From IMG/VR virus record IMGVR_UViG_3300032007_000009: a DNA stretch of 64,000 nucleotides, one strand, 5' to 3'. Below the pieces are notes generated by a model. It was not told where the DNA came from and did not search any database. It saw nothing but the letters and a program-made list of their open reading frames with translations. This stretch comes from a virus (lineage: Duplodnaviria; Caudoviricetes). Positions 8,514-20,126 of the stretch are shown here, piece by piece; positions within the stretch are counted from its first letter, which is position 1; every line of letters begins with the position of its first letter. The translations under genes and the position numbers were made by a program.

Positions 8514-11465
8514 TTAATTATTTTGATTTATTTTTATATTAAATTGAAAATCTATTTCATGAAATAAATATACGTTGTATACTCCTTTATTTATTGTAAT
8601 ATTATTATATTGTTTTACAACAGTTTCATTTTCTCCAATAATATTTAATAAATTATTATCCATAGCATCAGTTACAGATAAGAATTGTGGTAATACTACA
8701 AGATAATCATTTGTGTCAAATGGAGTAGGAGTTTCTCCTTCTGTATATAATAAAATATTTTCACCATTATTTGTACCATTTGATACATAACTTGTTGTAT
8801 TATCTGAATTATATCTTAAACTACCATATTGTAATCTTCCATTTATTAACTTACCTAAATAACTCCATCCTCCATAATAATAAATAATACCATCATTAGT
8901 ATTTGCATTTGCTAATCTTAATCCATAATTTTTATCACCTGTATTAGTACCAAATGTTGGAATTTCATTTAATATTTCTACTGTGTTTGTATCATCATTA
9001 AGAATATAATTACTATTTGGTAATTCAGTATATACACCATTATTTTGTGTAAATTTTTGAGCCGATATGTATATTAACCATTCAATTTCTAATTTCTTAA
9101 ACAATACATATGGTTTATCAACAGAAGTTAACTGATTATTATAATTAGGGTCTGTATAAATTAATTCTAAATATATATTTGTATTTTCTTCAGTGTTTTC
9201 ATCTGAATGATATGTTAGTTTACTATTAACAATTTCTAAATATGTTTTATCTAAGTTATCATCATTTTGATTATTTATCTTATTATCACTATTTAATGGT
9301 CCTATTTTTATTGCATTTTTAATATCTGATAAATTAGTAAATATATAATTATAAGCATTAATAATTTGTCCATTATAATATTTGAATTTGATAGTTTCAT
9401 TATCAGTTAAGTTTTTATCTATTGTAACATCTAATCCACTATCAACTCCATTTGATGTAACTAATTCATTATTATACTTAAATTGTAATCCTTTATTAAT
9501 ACTAATTTCTATTAATCTATCAGCATTAATATTTTTTATAAATGTTTGATCACCATCTGTATTGTATCCATGATATGAAAATAACCAAACTAAACTATTG
9601 TTATGAGCAGTTCCTGATGAATAAGTTCTAAATATAAATGGAACTTTAATAGTATATCTTGCATTAATTACAATTGTTTCAGGTAAAACATTTTCTTCAG
9701 TCCCGTATGATATACATTGAGGTTCATTATCATAAATAATTGTTGCATGATTTTGTGCAGCTGGTTCAATATTATCTTTGAATCTTAATTTAATATCTAA
9801 ATAATCATTTGGATCTGTAGAATTTTGTTTATCATTAATATTTAATTTAACAAATGTATTAGAACTAATATTTTCAGAAGCAGTTATTCTATTAGAAAAT
9901 AATGCAAATACATCACCAGTTGATAAAGGATATAATATTTGTCCAGATGTTAAAGTATATTCTAAAGTTCCCCAATTTAAATTAGGTATTTCTAATCCTT
10001 CATAAGTACATTTATATACATTATAATTATGAGTTTCATTGTTTTCATCTACTACGTTTGAATCATATATAATAGTCTGTACTATTGTATCATTTACAGT
10101 ATCTTCTTTAACAATAATAAATCTTAATAATGTACTATCTGGATTACCATTATTATTTTTATATGTAAATGATTCTGGTGCTTTAATAGTAAATTCAAAT
10201 TTATTAGAATAATTAGTAGTATTATCTTTTTTATTTAATCTAATATATTCAGAAGTTGAACCTTCATCTATATCAGTTATAGTAAACCCATTTGATAATG
10301 TCAAAATACTAGATAAATCACTTGAAGTAATTTCTGCATCAGATGATGTTACATATAATTTTAAATTTCTTACAAATTTAGGATTAATCTGTAAAGATAG
10401 TTTCTTTGTAGCATTAGGCATTATAAATATATTGTTTGAAACTACTTCATTATTTGCATATAATTTAATGTCATCAGAATTATTATATGTAAAGTTAATT
10501 AATGTATTTGAACGATTAACTCTTATACCTTTTGTAAAATAACTACTTAATGTACTAAATTTAAATGCTAAATTTGGCTTATTTATTCCACTATCAGGTA
10601 AATTCTTATTAACTTTAACTCTATACATTACATATAACGCAGGTTTTCTTCCACCTTCAGAAAACTCTTTATATGGTATACCCCAAGTTACTTTTTCAAT
10701 TAAACTAATTTCTTCTAAATTATATACAGTATATCCTTCGTTATTAGTTTCTGTGATACTTGTACAATATTCTGGAGCCTTTTCACAATTACCAATTAAT
10801 TCATATGTTGAAATATCACTGTTTTGTGAATCTGATAAAATATTAAATGATGTAATAGGAACTGATATTAATGAATTATATGATGATGCTTCAAATCTAA
10901 CTATCATATAAAATATATTATCTTTAGAATCAATAGTATCAATATTCCAAATATAATCAACTGAATTATTTCTAGGCATATCTTTTAGTCTAGAATCTGT
11001 ACTTAATGTATCCCAATCCCATCCTTCTGTATTATTGTTATTAATAGTTGTTCCATTTGCATTACTTATTGTATCTTTATCGATGTATACACATAAGTTA
11101 TCATTAGAATCTTTATAAAAAATTGAACTTAATTCATAATTATCAACTTTTGCTTGTGTATTAAGTGAAAGCAAACCAGATTCTTGATCAAAATTTAACA
11201 CAATTGAATATGTATCCATACTAATTGAATTATTAACTTGATCAACATTAATAAATTTTGTTAAACGGTTTCCTCCAAGCCAAATATTTCCTGAACCTTT
11301 ATTATTTGCATTAGGTTTAATACCATCTCTGACACCAGATTCAGTTTGTTCGGTAACGATAACAGCAAATGGATAATCATTAGATAATTCATGTGCAGCA
11401 TCTTCAGTAGGAATATTATTTACAAATGCGATTTTTTCAAATAAAGATATATCGTTGTTATTCAT
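8514..11465 (-). CDS. large beta-rich putative structural/tail protein
   Basis: 983 aa, N/T/S-rich; C-terminal domain resembles the repeats in 42433..44259. Confidence 0.55.
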   Translation of the reverse strand: MNNNDISLFEKIAFVNNIPTEDAAHELSNDYPFAVIVTEQTESGVRDGIKPNANNKGSGNIWLGGNRLTKFINVDQVNNSISMDTYSIVLNFDQESGLLSLNTQAKVDNYELSSIFYKDSNDNLCVYIDKDTISNANGTTINNNNTEGWDWDTLSTDSRLKDMPRNNSVDYIWNIDTIDSKDNIFYMIVRFEASSYNSLISVPITSFNILSDSQNSDISTYELIGNCEKAPEYCTSITETNNEGYTVYNLEEISLIEKVTWGIPYKEFSEGGRKPALYVMYRVKVNKNLPDSGINKPNLAFKFSTLSSYFTKGIRVNRSNTLINFTYNNSDDIKLYANNEVVSNNIFIMPNATKKLSLQINPKFVRNLKLYVTSSDAEITSSDLSSILTLSNGFTITDIDEGSTSEYIRLNKKDNTTNYSNKFEFTIKAPESFTYKNNNGNPDSTLLRFIIVKEDTVNDTIVQTIIYDSNVVDENNETHNYNVYKCTYEGLEIPNLNWGTLEYTLTSGQILYPLSTGDVFALFSNRITASENISSNTFVKLNINDKQNSTDPNDYLDIKLRFKDNIEPAAQNHATIIYDNEPQCISYGTEENVLPETIVINARYTIKVPFIFRTYSSGTAHNNSLVWLFSYHGYNTDGDQTFIKNINADRLIEISINKGLQFKYNNELVTSNGVDSGLDVTIDKNLTDNETIKFKYYNGQIINAYNYIFTNLSDIKNAIKIGPLNSDNKINNQNDDNLDKTYLEIVNSKLTYHSDENTEENTNIYLELIYTDPNYNNQLTSVDKPYVLFKKLEIEWLIYISAQKFTQNNGVYTELPNSNYILNDDTNTVEILNEIPTFGTNTGDKNYGLRLANANTNDGIIYYYGGWSYLGKLINGRLQYGSLRYNSDNTTSYVSNGTNNGENILLYTEGETPTPFDTNDYLVVLPQFLSVTDAMDNNLLNIIGENETVVKQYNNITINKGVYNVYLFHEIDFQFNIKINQNN

Positions 11466-11523
11466 TATATCAATTATATTTATATATTTAATAATATTAA
11501 TTTTATGAAACTAATGTTAATAA

Positions 11524-13152
11524 TTAATAATCAGTTTTCATATGATGTAATTTATTTTTTACATTATCTAATGTATTTAAATCTTCATTATATTTTATCC
11601 AATGCATATGATTGAATTCATCATTTAATAGTAAATCCCAAATATAGTTATTATCTATATATTGATTATATTGAGGTGTACTTTCTGGTATACCATTAAT
11701 TTGCATTACAACATCATCAATAGGACTTTCTGAATTACATATTAATCTTAAATGTAATTTTCCTGTAGATTGCATTGGGTTTTCAGTATCTAATAACTTA
11801 ACTTGATAAATTCTACAATTTACTGTTGATAATTCATTAAATGATATTGGTATTATAGTATAATCACTAACAGTGTCTTCTCCTGTTTTTTTATAAATTC
11901 CTGTTGCACCAGTCCAATTAAATTCACTATTAAATGTTACATATTCTATTAAATGTAATTCATAAGATTTACTTATACAGAATGTAAATACATTATACAT
12001 ATTACTTTTTAAATCAATATATACATCAGATATATCTCCATAATTTGTTTTTTCAATATATACTAATGATTTATCAAAATTTAATATATCATTAATGTAT
12101 TTAGGTGTTTCTAAAGCATTTTTTATATTAAGTAAACTATATTTTGTTTCCGCAGGTGCATCTTCTCTGAAATTAAATTCACCAAAGAAATATGATAAAT
12201 AAGATATACCTTTTACATAGAATGGTTTTAATATTATTTTTTCATGTTCTAAAATAATGTTTTCTAATGAAAATATAACATATTTTTTATTCGTAAAATT
12301 CAAATCTGGATATACTTTATATTTTGAAGTAGGTGTTCCTTTAACAGTAACTTGTACAGAATTAATAAGTTGTACACTATCCATACTACTTACAATATAT
12401 TTATCACTAAATGATAAATTGATATATAACTTTCCAGTTTCTGCATTAGTATTGAATTGTTTTTCTTGATATGTTTGTAATTTTAAATTATTATCGAAAT
12501 AATCATTAGAAGATTCATAATAACATATATTAACATTATTAATACCATCAGAATCATGTTTATTATATGAAATAATATAATTAATACTACTAATTTTAGA
12601 ACCAATTGGTAAACTTATACTATCGACATTAGTTATGTCTATTTCTTTTGTTTCTATAATTGATGTTCCATTATTTATTATGTTACCATCAAAATATGTT
12701 AATTTCTTTTCAATATCAATTACTTCAAAATCTTCATAATAAGCAGGTCTATCATGGAAATATACATCATTTAAATTAATTTCATTTTTATTTGAATCAT
12801 ATATAATAAGATCTGGTCTAAAATTATTTAATTTATTATCTACAGTTTTAATAGTAGAAGTAATTGATTCATCTAAATTAGTTAAATGTTTATTAATTTC
12901 AGCATTATCATTTTCGTATGATTTAATTATATATTCTGCAGTTATTAATTCACCTTTAGATTTAAATCCATAACCAGATGCTAAGAATTCATTACCTAAA
13001 TATACATAATTTCTTAATGTGTCATTTTCTTTTGTTTGATATATAATCAAAGCTCCTTTATTTTTTAAAGCTTCAATCATACCAGAATGAGTAGTGACTA
13101 TGCATTTTAAATATTCACCATTAAATCTGCTTAATGTATTTTCTTTATTCAT
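11524..13152 (-). CDS. putative structural protein
   Basis: 542 aa in structural block; short coiled coil then beta-rich region. Confidence 0.55.
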   Translation of the reverse strand: MNKENTLSRFNGEYLKCIVTTHSGMIEALKNKGALIIYQTKENDTLRNYVYLGNEFLASGYGFKSKGELITAEYIIKSYENDNAEINKHLTNLDESITSTIKTVDNKLNNFRPDLIIYDSNKNEINLNDVYFHDRPAYYEDFEVIDIEKKLTYFDGNIINNGTSIIETKEIDITNVDSISLPIGSKISSINYIISYNKHDSDGINNVNICYYESSNDYFDNNLKLQTYQEKQFNTNAETGKLYINLSFSDKYIVSSMDSVQLINSVQVTVKGTPTSKYKVYPDLNFTNKKYVIFSLENIILEHEKIILKPFYVKGISYLSYFFGEFNFREDAPAETKYSLLNIKNALETPKYINDILNFDKSLVYIEKTNYGDISDVYIDLKSNMYNVFTFCISKSYELHLIEYVTFNSEFNWTGATGIYKKTGEDTVSDYTIIPISFNELSTVNCRIYQVKLLDTENPMQSTGKLHLRLICNSESPIDDVVMQINGIPESTPQYNQYIDNNYIWDLLLNDEFNHMHWIKYNEDLNTLDNVKNKLHHMKTDY

Positions 13153-13172
13153 TTTAAATTCGTTTATAAAAT

Positions 13173-16100
13173 TTATTCAGTTAATCCATCAACTAATGAA
13201 GTATTTTGTACTGTTGTAGTTGATTGTGTATAGTCATAACTTGCTTCTATAGTTAAAATATAATGTTCAATATCTCTAATTGGTGTAGTTCTAATATCAA
13301 ACGCCAATGTCTTTTCAATTGTCTTTTGATCATTTACATCAGAAGATAAGAAGCATTCAAATAATAATGGAACAGATAATGATGTACCTACATCTAATAT
13401 CTTATATTGATTTTCTTGTTTAGTATCACATAATACTTGTGTTTTATCAAATAATTCAGGAATAAAGAATGCTCCATTATAATATGATAAATTATTGTTT
13501 ATTGAAAGGTTAGCTGCGAAATCTGTCATAGACATTTTATTAGTTAGATAAACTGCAGTACCACCTTCATTTGATGCAATTAAGTTTTCATATTTCAATA
13601 TATAGTTATTATTTGATGTATCAGCATTATTGTAAAGATACATGTTTTCACTAGTTATAATATCAGTATTAGTATCTTTAGTATAAATTTCAGTTGAAAC
13701 GGTATCATCTCCAGATATATCAATAAAGTTTAATGAATTATATCTAGTATTTGAATTAGTTATTCCTTCTTTAGAAATATAAGGTAATAATACTTGTTTA
13801 TTATTAACATTTATATAGTTCAACAAAAGCCCAACGAATGTAGTAGATTTACCACTTGAAAGATTTGTATTATCTAATTGTCTTTGTGTTGATGTATCAT
13901 AATATAATGATTCTTTAGTAAATGGATTGTTTTGTCTAAAATATATCCATTGTCCTAAATGTTGACCCATTATACATTCCGAAGGAATTGAATAACCTTT
14001 TATTAGCATTGGTACTCTTTCATAATCTTTATAGTATTGATTAAAATAAGTATTGTTTGCTTCTAATAAAGTTTTATTAATATCACCAGGGAATATACTA
14101 TATAACTTAATAGGTATGTCACCAGTGTTTTTGATAATTAAATTCATTTCTTCTTTTCTAAATGAATCATTAGTATCATTAGCTAAGTCATTAATCTTAA
14201 TCTTATTTGCAGTTAAGTTAGATAATTCAATCATATTTTCACCAAATTGCAAATATACACTATATTTTGTATTAAGTGTATCATTAATCATATTCTTATA
14301 TTCAAGAAGATCATTATTTATTCCAATTAATTTATCTTTTAATGATATAAGTTTATTCTCAGGTGTATTAAATCCTGAATAAATATTTTCAGGCATATGA
14401 TAGAATATTTGAGAATTATCTACAAGCTTATTGCTTACATGTTCTTGATAACCTTCTTTTAATAGTGTTCTTAAAAATTTAGAATTATTTACATCTTCAT
14501 TATTAGTATCTAATATAGATGATATTTCATTTGTCTCTGTATATTCAACAGGAAAATTAACTGTTACTTCATTTGACCATGGTGTATATAAGTTAATAAA
14601 TGGTTGTCCAATATTATACTTATATCTTATTCTTACAATAACATCTTCACCTTGTGTAATAGGGATATCAATCTGATTCCATTTAATAATATTAGATGTT
14701 GTATTATAATTTGAAAATATTATGTTATATGTATTAGATTCATTATCAAATTTAAGATATCTTTCACGTTCTATATTATTAAGCTTATTCCAATCACTGA
14801 ATATAACATCAGAATTACTTAATACAGATGTAGAATCTTTAGATATTGATTTATATTTATATTCAACATCTAATCCAATAAGTTCACATTTCATACCAAA
14901 TGTTGAATGTAAGAAAGCAACTATAGGAGATTCATTTGATGAATCATATTTATCGCATGCATCAGTAATACCTCTTATTCTATATTTAGCTTTATCTATT
15001 CCTTTTACATCTCCTTTAATTTGATTAATATTATCTACAATATTAAGTAATTGATTTTCTAATGTTAATCTTTCATCATAATATGTTGTAAGTTTACTAC
15101 GTAATGATTCTTGTGTTATTGAAGATTCTTGTGAAAAATCAGTAGTAGTCAATTGTGTATATACTTGATCTACATTATCTCTTATAGTTCTAAGTTTAGC
15201 TGTTATTTCATTTCTTTGTTCATGTAATTTAATAATGCTTTCAGAAGTATCATCATCAATTAAGTGATTATTAATTCTTGTTACTTTTAATATTGATTCA
15301 TCATTAATATATAATGTACTAGTAACAAAATTCTTTAATTCATCACTTTCAGTTAAACGTCTTAATTCTTCTGATGAATAATTTGATGTCTGAGGATATG
15401 CTAATTCAGTGATACCAACCATCATATCTCCAATATTCTTACAATATGAATTATAATATTCAATATAAGAAACTTTATTTCCAGAATTATTAAGAATGAA
15501 ATTACCATCATTATCTTTCATATAAATGTTATTCAAATTTAAATGAATAGCATTTGATAATGTGCTTTTAACATTATTATATATTGTACCTAAGAATATT
15601 ATAATATTTGGATTTTCTTCTAAAGGAATATCAACATAATGATATTTGTCATATGAATTAGTATAAAGCTCCAAAACCATATCTGAATTTTCTTCAAATG
15701 TTTGTAAAGCTACATGTCCAATTACTTCTTCAATAACAACTATATGATCGTTATTGTCATTTTCATTTGTAGAATTTTCAATAGTATATAAATCTACAAT
15801 TTTATAAATAACATATGTATTAGAAAGACATAAATAATCACCTTTTTTCAATATATGAGATATAGAAGAATCTTCTTTATCAGTATATGATATTGAACTT
15901 AATCTTACAATATATCTTAAAACACCAGTTGCACCATTACCGTCTGAATAATAAGGATTTTCAGATTCTTCAGGTAATTCTTCTATATTAAATGTAGCAT
16001 TATATTTATTTTCTTTAATAGGTAAATCTAATACACTGTCATATTCTTCATAATCAACTCCTAAACTTCTATCATATAAACCATTCTTAACATCATTATA

Positions 16101-16631
16101 TGTTTCAAAGTTTCTAAGATATTCAGCATCAGCATCATTATATATAACAAATTTCTTCATATAGATTTGCTCTATATTATCAGTTAAATTTGATATATTT
16201 AAACGTATATATGTTTTAGGATTTACTAAATCTTTAAATATATTGTTTTGTTTAATATTAAAACCAATAGTATCAATATTTGATACAGTTGGAGATGATG
16301 GTGCTGTATTAGATTTAACTAAAGACAATTTAAACATATCTGAAGATCTATGAAACCATGCTTCTCCAGATTTAGGAATATTAAACAAATTAGAAATAAT
16401 ATTATCTATTTGTTCAATTTTATGTTCTAAATATATAAAAGATGGTATTTTTACTTCAGATGTAGTATTATCTCCATTTACTATGCTAACTGATATTTGA
16501 GATGATGAAGTAGTTAATGCTTGATTCATTGCATTAATCATGCTTAATGCATTACTCATCATTTTCTCAATATTAACATAATATTCTTTTAATGAACTTG
16601 ATGTTGTAGGTGTTATATTATTATTATTCAT
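13173..16631 (-). CDS. large putative virion structural protein
   Basis: 1152 aa with central coiled coil, in structural block. Confidence 0.55.
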   Translation of the reverse strand: MNNNNITPTTSSSLKEYYVNIEKMMSNALSMINAMNQALTTSSSQISVSIVNGDNTTSEVKIPSFIYLEHKIEQIDNIISNLFNIPKSGEAWFHRSSDMFKLSLVKSNTAPSSPTVSNIDTIGFNIKQNNIFKDLVNPKTYIRLNISNLTDNIEQIYMKKFVIYNDADAEYLRNFETYNDVKNGLYDRSLGVDYEEYDSVLDLPIKENKYNATFNIEELPEESENPYYSDGNGATGVLRYIVRLSSISYTDKEDSSISHILKKGDYLCLSNTYVIYKIVDLYTIENSTNENDNNDHIVVIEEVIGHVALQTFEENSDMVLELYTNSYDKYHYVDIPLEENPNIIIFLGTIYNNVKSTLSNAIHLNLNNIYMKDNDGNFILNNSGNKVSYIEYYNSYCKNIGDMMVGITELAYPQTSNYSSEELRRLTESDELKNFVTSTLYINDESILKVTRINNHLIDDDTSESIIKLHEQRNEITAKLRTIRDNVDQVYTQLTTTDFSQESSITQESLRSKLTTYYDERLTLENQLLNIVDNINQIKGDVKGIDKAKYRIRGITDACDKYDSSNESPIVAFLHSTFGMKCELIGLDVEYKYKSISKDSTSVLSNSDVIFSDWNKLNNIERERYLKFDNESNTYNIIFSNYNTTSNIIKWNQIDIPITQGEDVIVRIRYKYNIGQPFINLYTPWSNEVTVNFPVEYTETNEISSILDTNNEDVNNSKFLRTLLKEGYQEHVSNKLVDNSQIFYHMPENIYSGFNTPENKLISLKDKLIGINNDLLEYKNMINDTLNTKYSVYLQFGENMIELSNLTANKIKINDLANDTNDSFRKEEMNLIIKNTGDIPIKLYSIFPGDINKTLLEANNTYFNQYYKDYERVPMLIKGYSIPSECIMGQHLGQWIYFRQNNPFTKESLYYDTSTQRQLDNTNLSSGKSTTFVGLLLNYINVNNKQVLLPYISKEGITNSNTRYNSLNFIDISGDDTVSTEIYTKDTNTDIITSENMYLYNNADTSNNNYILKYENLIASNEGGTAVYLTNKMSMTDFAANLSINNNLSYYNGAFFIPELFDKTQVLCDTKQENQYKILDVGTSLSVPLLFECFLSSDVNDQKTIEKTLAFDIRTTPIRDIEHYILTIEASYDYTQSTTTVQNTSLVDGLTE

Positions 16632-16634
16632 ATA

Positions 16635-17912
16635 TTATTGATATTTCCATTTTATATTATCTAAAGTTTCTTTTACTTCTTCTTTAAATTCAGATATTTC
16701 TGTTTTTATATCATTTTCAAATGAAGCAATTGTTTTCTTAACGTTATCTATTGATTTATTAGTTCCTAGATTATTTATAACAGTTTGTATTTCTTGTAAT
16801 CTATTTTCTAATGAAGAAATACGTTTATTAGATTCTTCAAATTTATCTAAAATATCATTCATTCTAGATAATACTTGAGTAAATGTAGCAAAGTTAACTC
16901 CTTTATCTGAACTTTCAATATCATTAGAATATTTTGTTGAATAAGGAAAAGGTTTAAATTGTGTACTTATTAATAAAGACCAAGAACCAGATAAACCTGT
17001 ATCAAAATCTCTAATTATTTCAATTGGGTTATCTTCTTCTTTATCACCATTCATCCAAATACCTAATGGTACATTATGTCTATATTTATTAGAATCATTT
17101 AAATTAATAATATAATTATTTGTATCTTCATCGTCATATCCTAATATTGTATCATTATCATCAATATCTATATTAATAACTTCATATAAAGGAATTATAA
17201 CATTAAATTTAATTGAATCTGATTGAACATGTAATTTTGATACTGATAATGAAGTAATATTACTATCTATATAATATTTCTTTGTGAATGTTGTGTTATA
17301 ATCATATACAGGATAAATTGATTCATAACCTGGAATACTATTAATATTATCCCATCCATAGATATTGTCATTGTCAATAATTAATGATTCTATTTCTGAA
17401 GTTACATCAGTTTTTAAAACTTTACAAGCATGCAAAGAAAGTAAATCTAATGTACATATTATATCTGTATAAATTCCATTATAATCTTGCTCAGTAATAT
17501 CGCTTATATACATAGTGAAATTATCATCAAATATAGAAGATGATGTTTCATTATGTATTATATTACCCGCTTCATCTAAACTTATTTTATATGAATTAGA
17601 TTCTTCATCATATGTTAATACCTGATTTAATGCTTCAAGTAAATATGATATAGGAGATAACTTATTTTCAATATTATTAACGTTATCTCTTAATATTGCC
17701 AATTTATTTTCATAATATGCTACTAAAAACTTAATGAATTCAGGTTTTGTAGTACTATTTAAATTATTAATATATAAACATAAAAATCTTGAAGGAAATA
17801 ACTTTGTATTAACACTCAAGAAATTTCCTGTCATTGATTCTGCATAATTACTGAATGTAAGGAATTTACTATCAGGTCCAGTTGTATAGAACAAATTAGT
17901 TTTTCTTTTCAT
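16635..17912 (-). CDS. putative structural protein with C-terminal coiled coil
   Basis: 425 aa; first gene of minus-strand operon; TTTATTTTTATATAAATA upstream. Confidence 0.55.
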   Translation of the reverse strand: MKRKTNLFYTTGPDSKFLTFSNYAESMTGNFLSVNTKLFPSRFLCLYINNLNSTTKPEFIKFLVAYYENKLAILRDNVNNIENKLSPISYLLEALNQVLTYDEESNSYKISLDEAGNIIHNETSSSIFDDNFTMYISDITEQDYNGIYTDIICTLDLLSLHACKVLKTDVTSEIESLIIDNDNIYGWDNINSIPGYESIYPVYDYNTTFTKKYYIDSNITSLSVSKLHVQSDSIKFNVIIPLYEVINIDIDDNDTILGYDDEDTNNYIINLNDSNKYRHNVPLGIWMNGDKEEDNPIEIIRDFDTGLSGSWSLLISTQFKPFPYSTKYSNDIESSDKGVNFATFTQVLSRMNDILDKFEESNKRISSLENRLQEIQTVINNLGTNKSIDNVKKTIASFENDIKTEISEFKEEVKETLDNIKWKYQ

Positions 17913-18064
17913 TAAAAATCAAATAAGATATTACTATTTATATAAAAATAAATAAAACTTCAGATTATTGAGATTTAAATTGGTAAAAAATGATTACATA
18001 AAAAAATATAATATCAAATTTTTAAAATCTATTTTAAATTATAAATATAATAAATGTAAATATT

Positions 18065-18526
18065 ATGAATCGTAAAAAGACAGGTGTAAGGTATTTGAAG
18101 ACAAATTATGGAGTAAAGAACGGACGTACAGCATGTTATCTTAAGTTTGGATTGTGTTTGGATAACATTCCTTTTATTGATATGCTGGAAAATAATGATG
18201 AATTTAATCTATTCTTGAGAAAGAACAATGTTGAGTGGTGGACACTTGATGAATATTTTGAAGGTGAAAATGATTATCAACCACATCTTATAGGGGAGTG
18301 TATTGGATATGCATTCTGTGATCCAACAGATACATTTGATGAGTCTCTTGGTAAGAAGATTGCGTTGACACGTGCCCAGTCTGGTGCATTTGATTTTGTT
18401 AATAATTTCTATCAGTTTGTTCAAAATATCTTTTTGAAGGCTGCTAATGAATTTGATACACTTGGAGAAAATTCAGAGCTTGCTAAGGAAAAATGTAATG
18501 CACATATTAATGAACTAATTGGATAA
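18065..18526 (+). CDS. conserved phage hypothetical protein
   Basis: AFCDPTDTFDESLGKKIALTRA motif common in small phage proteins. Confidence 0.7.
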   Translation: MNRKKTGVRYLKTNYGVKNGRTACYLKFGLCLDNIPFIDMLENNDEFNLFLRKNNVEWWTLDEYFEGENDYQPHLIGECIGYAFCDPTDTFDESLGKKIALTRAQSGAFDFVNNFYQFVQNIFLKAANEFDTLGENSELAKEKCNAHINELIG

Positions 18527-19266
18527 TGAAAGCAATAATATTTGATTTAGAAACAACTGGAGTAGATAGATCTCATGATTATATAATACAATTTGCTGCT
18601 TTAAAAATTGAAACAGATAATGATAGTATTATTGATTCTAAAAATATCTATATAAAACCAGAAGGTAATTATTCGATATCATTAGGAGCTTATTTTAAAC
18701 ATAAAATAACTCCTAAGTTTTTGGAAGATAAACCAACACTAAGAGATGTTGGTCCGGAAATTGTAGAATTTTTTAATGATGATTCGGCAATTATAACTTA
18801 TAATGGAAATAGTTTTGATATTCCATTTTTGAAAATTGAACTTAATAAAATTGGGTTAGATATTGATTTTATAAATAAAAAAGTATATGATGTTTTCTTA
18901 GAGGAAAAAGAAAGAAATTCTAATACATTGGAAGAAACTTATAAAAGATATAAGAAAAAGACAATGGAAGAAAGTGGTTTAACCGCACATGATGCATTTT
19001 CAGATATTAAAGCAACATATACAGTTTATAAGGCACATTTAAAAACTGGAGAATATAAAGAAGATTCTATATTGACAGAAGATTCAACAATTAAGTTAAT
19101 GAATTTTGAAGGTAATATAGTTCCATGTTTTAATATTGGAAAATATAAAACAATTTCTCTTGAATATGTATCTAACATAGATAAAGGATATTTACAATGG
19201 TGTATCAGTGATAAATGTAACTTCCTCCAATCAACTAAAGAATATATTAAAAAATATTTGAAATAA
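18526..19266 (+). CDS. DnaQ/DEDDh 3'-5' exonuclease (Pol III epsilon/ExoX-like)
   Basis: FDLETTG, YNGNSFDIPFL, AHDAFSDI; C-terminal FNIGKYK...YLQW. Confidence 0.9.
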   Translation: MKAIIFDLETTGVDRSHDYIIQFAALKIETDNDSIIDSKNIYIKPEGNYSISLGAYFKHKITPKFLEDKPTLRDVGPEIVEFFNDDSAIITYNGNSFDIPFLKIELNKIGLDIDFINKKVYDVFLEEKERNSNTLEETYKRYKKKTMEESGLTAHDAFSDIKATYTVYKAHLKTGEYKEDSILTEDSTIKLMNFEGNIVPCFNIGKYKTISLEYVSNIDKGYLQWCISDKCNFLQSTKEYIKKYLK

Positions 19267-19297
19267 TATTTAAAATTTACAGTACTTATTCTATATT
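19263..19297 (+). promoter_or_regulatory. bipartite early/middle promoter candidate ATAATATTTAAA-N16-CTATATT
   Basis: same elements and spacing at 28702, 30662 and 59453. Confidence 0.6.
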
Positions 19298-19319
19298 TAA
19301 ATAACAAAAATAAATAAAT

Positions 19320-19946
19320 ATGAGTGAGTACTGTAAAATTACATTAGTTAAAAGAGAGAACGTTAATTGTTCTTCAATTACTGAAGATGAGTTTGTAAAA
19401 ATGATGTTTTCTGATATTCTTGAGGCTGAGGAGAATTATAATAAATTGTATTGCCCAGATTATGTAGCAAGCATCATCCGTCATTTTGAATATATTCTAC
19501 AATCTACTCGTAATCGTGCTATAAAGTACGCTGAAAAGAAGTGGAAAACCGATAAGAAGCGTAACGAGTATGTTACTAATGAGGTTACTAAGGCAAAGAA
19601 GAATTTCAATGTAGATTCTTATTATTATGGTCTCTCATTCTTTGATTTCGATGTACACCCTGAATCAAATGGATTATCTGGTGACTGTTGTATTTCTATT
19701 AATAGAATGACATTTGATACATTACGTAGATGTTTTAATTCAGTGAAGGATAATTATTATTTTAAGAATTCATTAGGATGGAAACTTGAGTATGAATGTC
19801 ATGAAACCAATCATAGTGTTTCATTCAGACCACATATTAATTTGATAATGCCTGAGGATATTGAGGCAAAATATTATAAAGCCAAGGAGGATCTTGCTGA
19901 AGATATTCGTAGATTTTATGCAACTTGTAGATATCCTGGAGATTAA
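19320..19946 (+). CDS. hypothetical protein
   Basis: 208-aa ORF with its own promoter motif. Confidence 0.75.
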   Translation: MSEYCKITLVKRENVNCSSITEDEFVKMMFSDILEAEENYNKLYCPDYVASIIRHFEYILQSTRNRAIKYAEKKWKTDKKRNEYVTNEVTKAKKNFNVDSYYYGLSFFDFDVHPESNGLSGDCCISINRMTFDTLRRCFNSVKDNYYFKNSLGWKLEYECHETNHSVSFRPHINLIMPEDIEAKYYKAKEDLAEDIRRFYATCRYPGD

Positions 19947-20126
19947 ATTGTTGAATATATGAAATATACATCTAAAGAAGAAACAATAAATACTGTATCT
20001 TAATATTTAATAATGAATCTTAAGAAATATATTTCTTTTGAGAATTAATGAAATACATATTGGGATTTAATTACAGATATGCGTAAAGATATATTAATAA
20101 ACAATTGGAAACTTAAATAAATTAAT

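Noticed and set aside
12257-15024. Plus-strand ORFs 12257, 14053 and 14722 (and similar small antisense ORFs elsewhere)
   Set aside because: Fully antisense to long structural genes, with composition typical of shadow frames.
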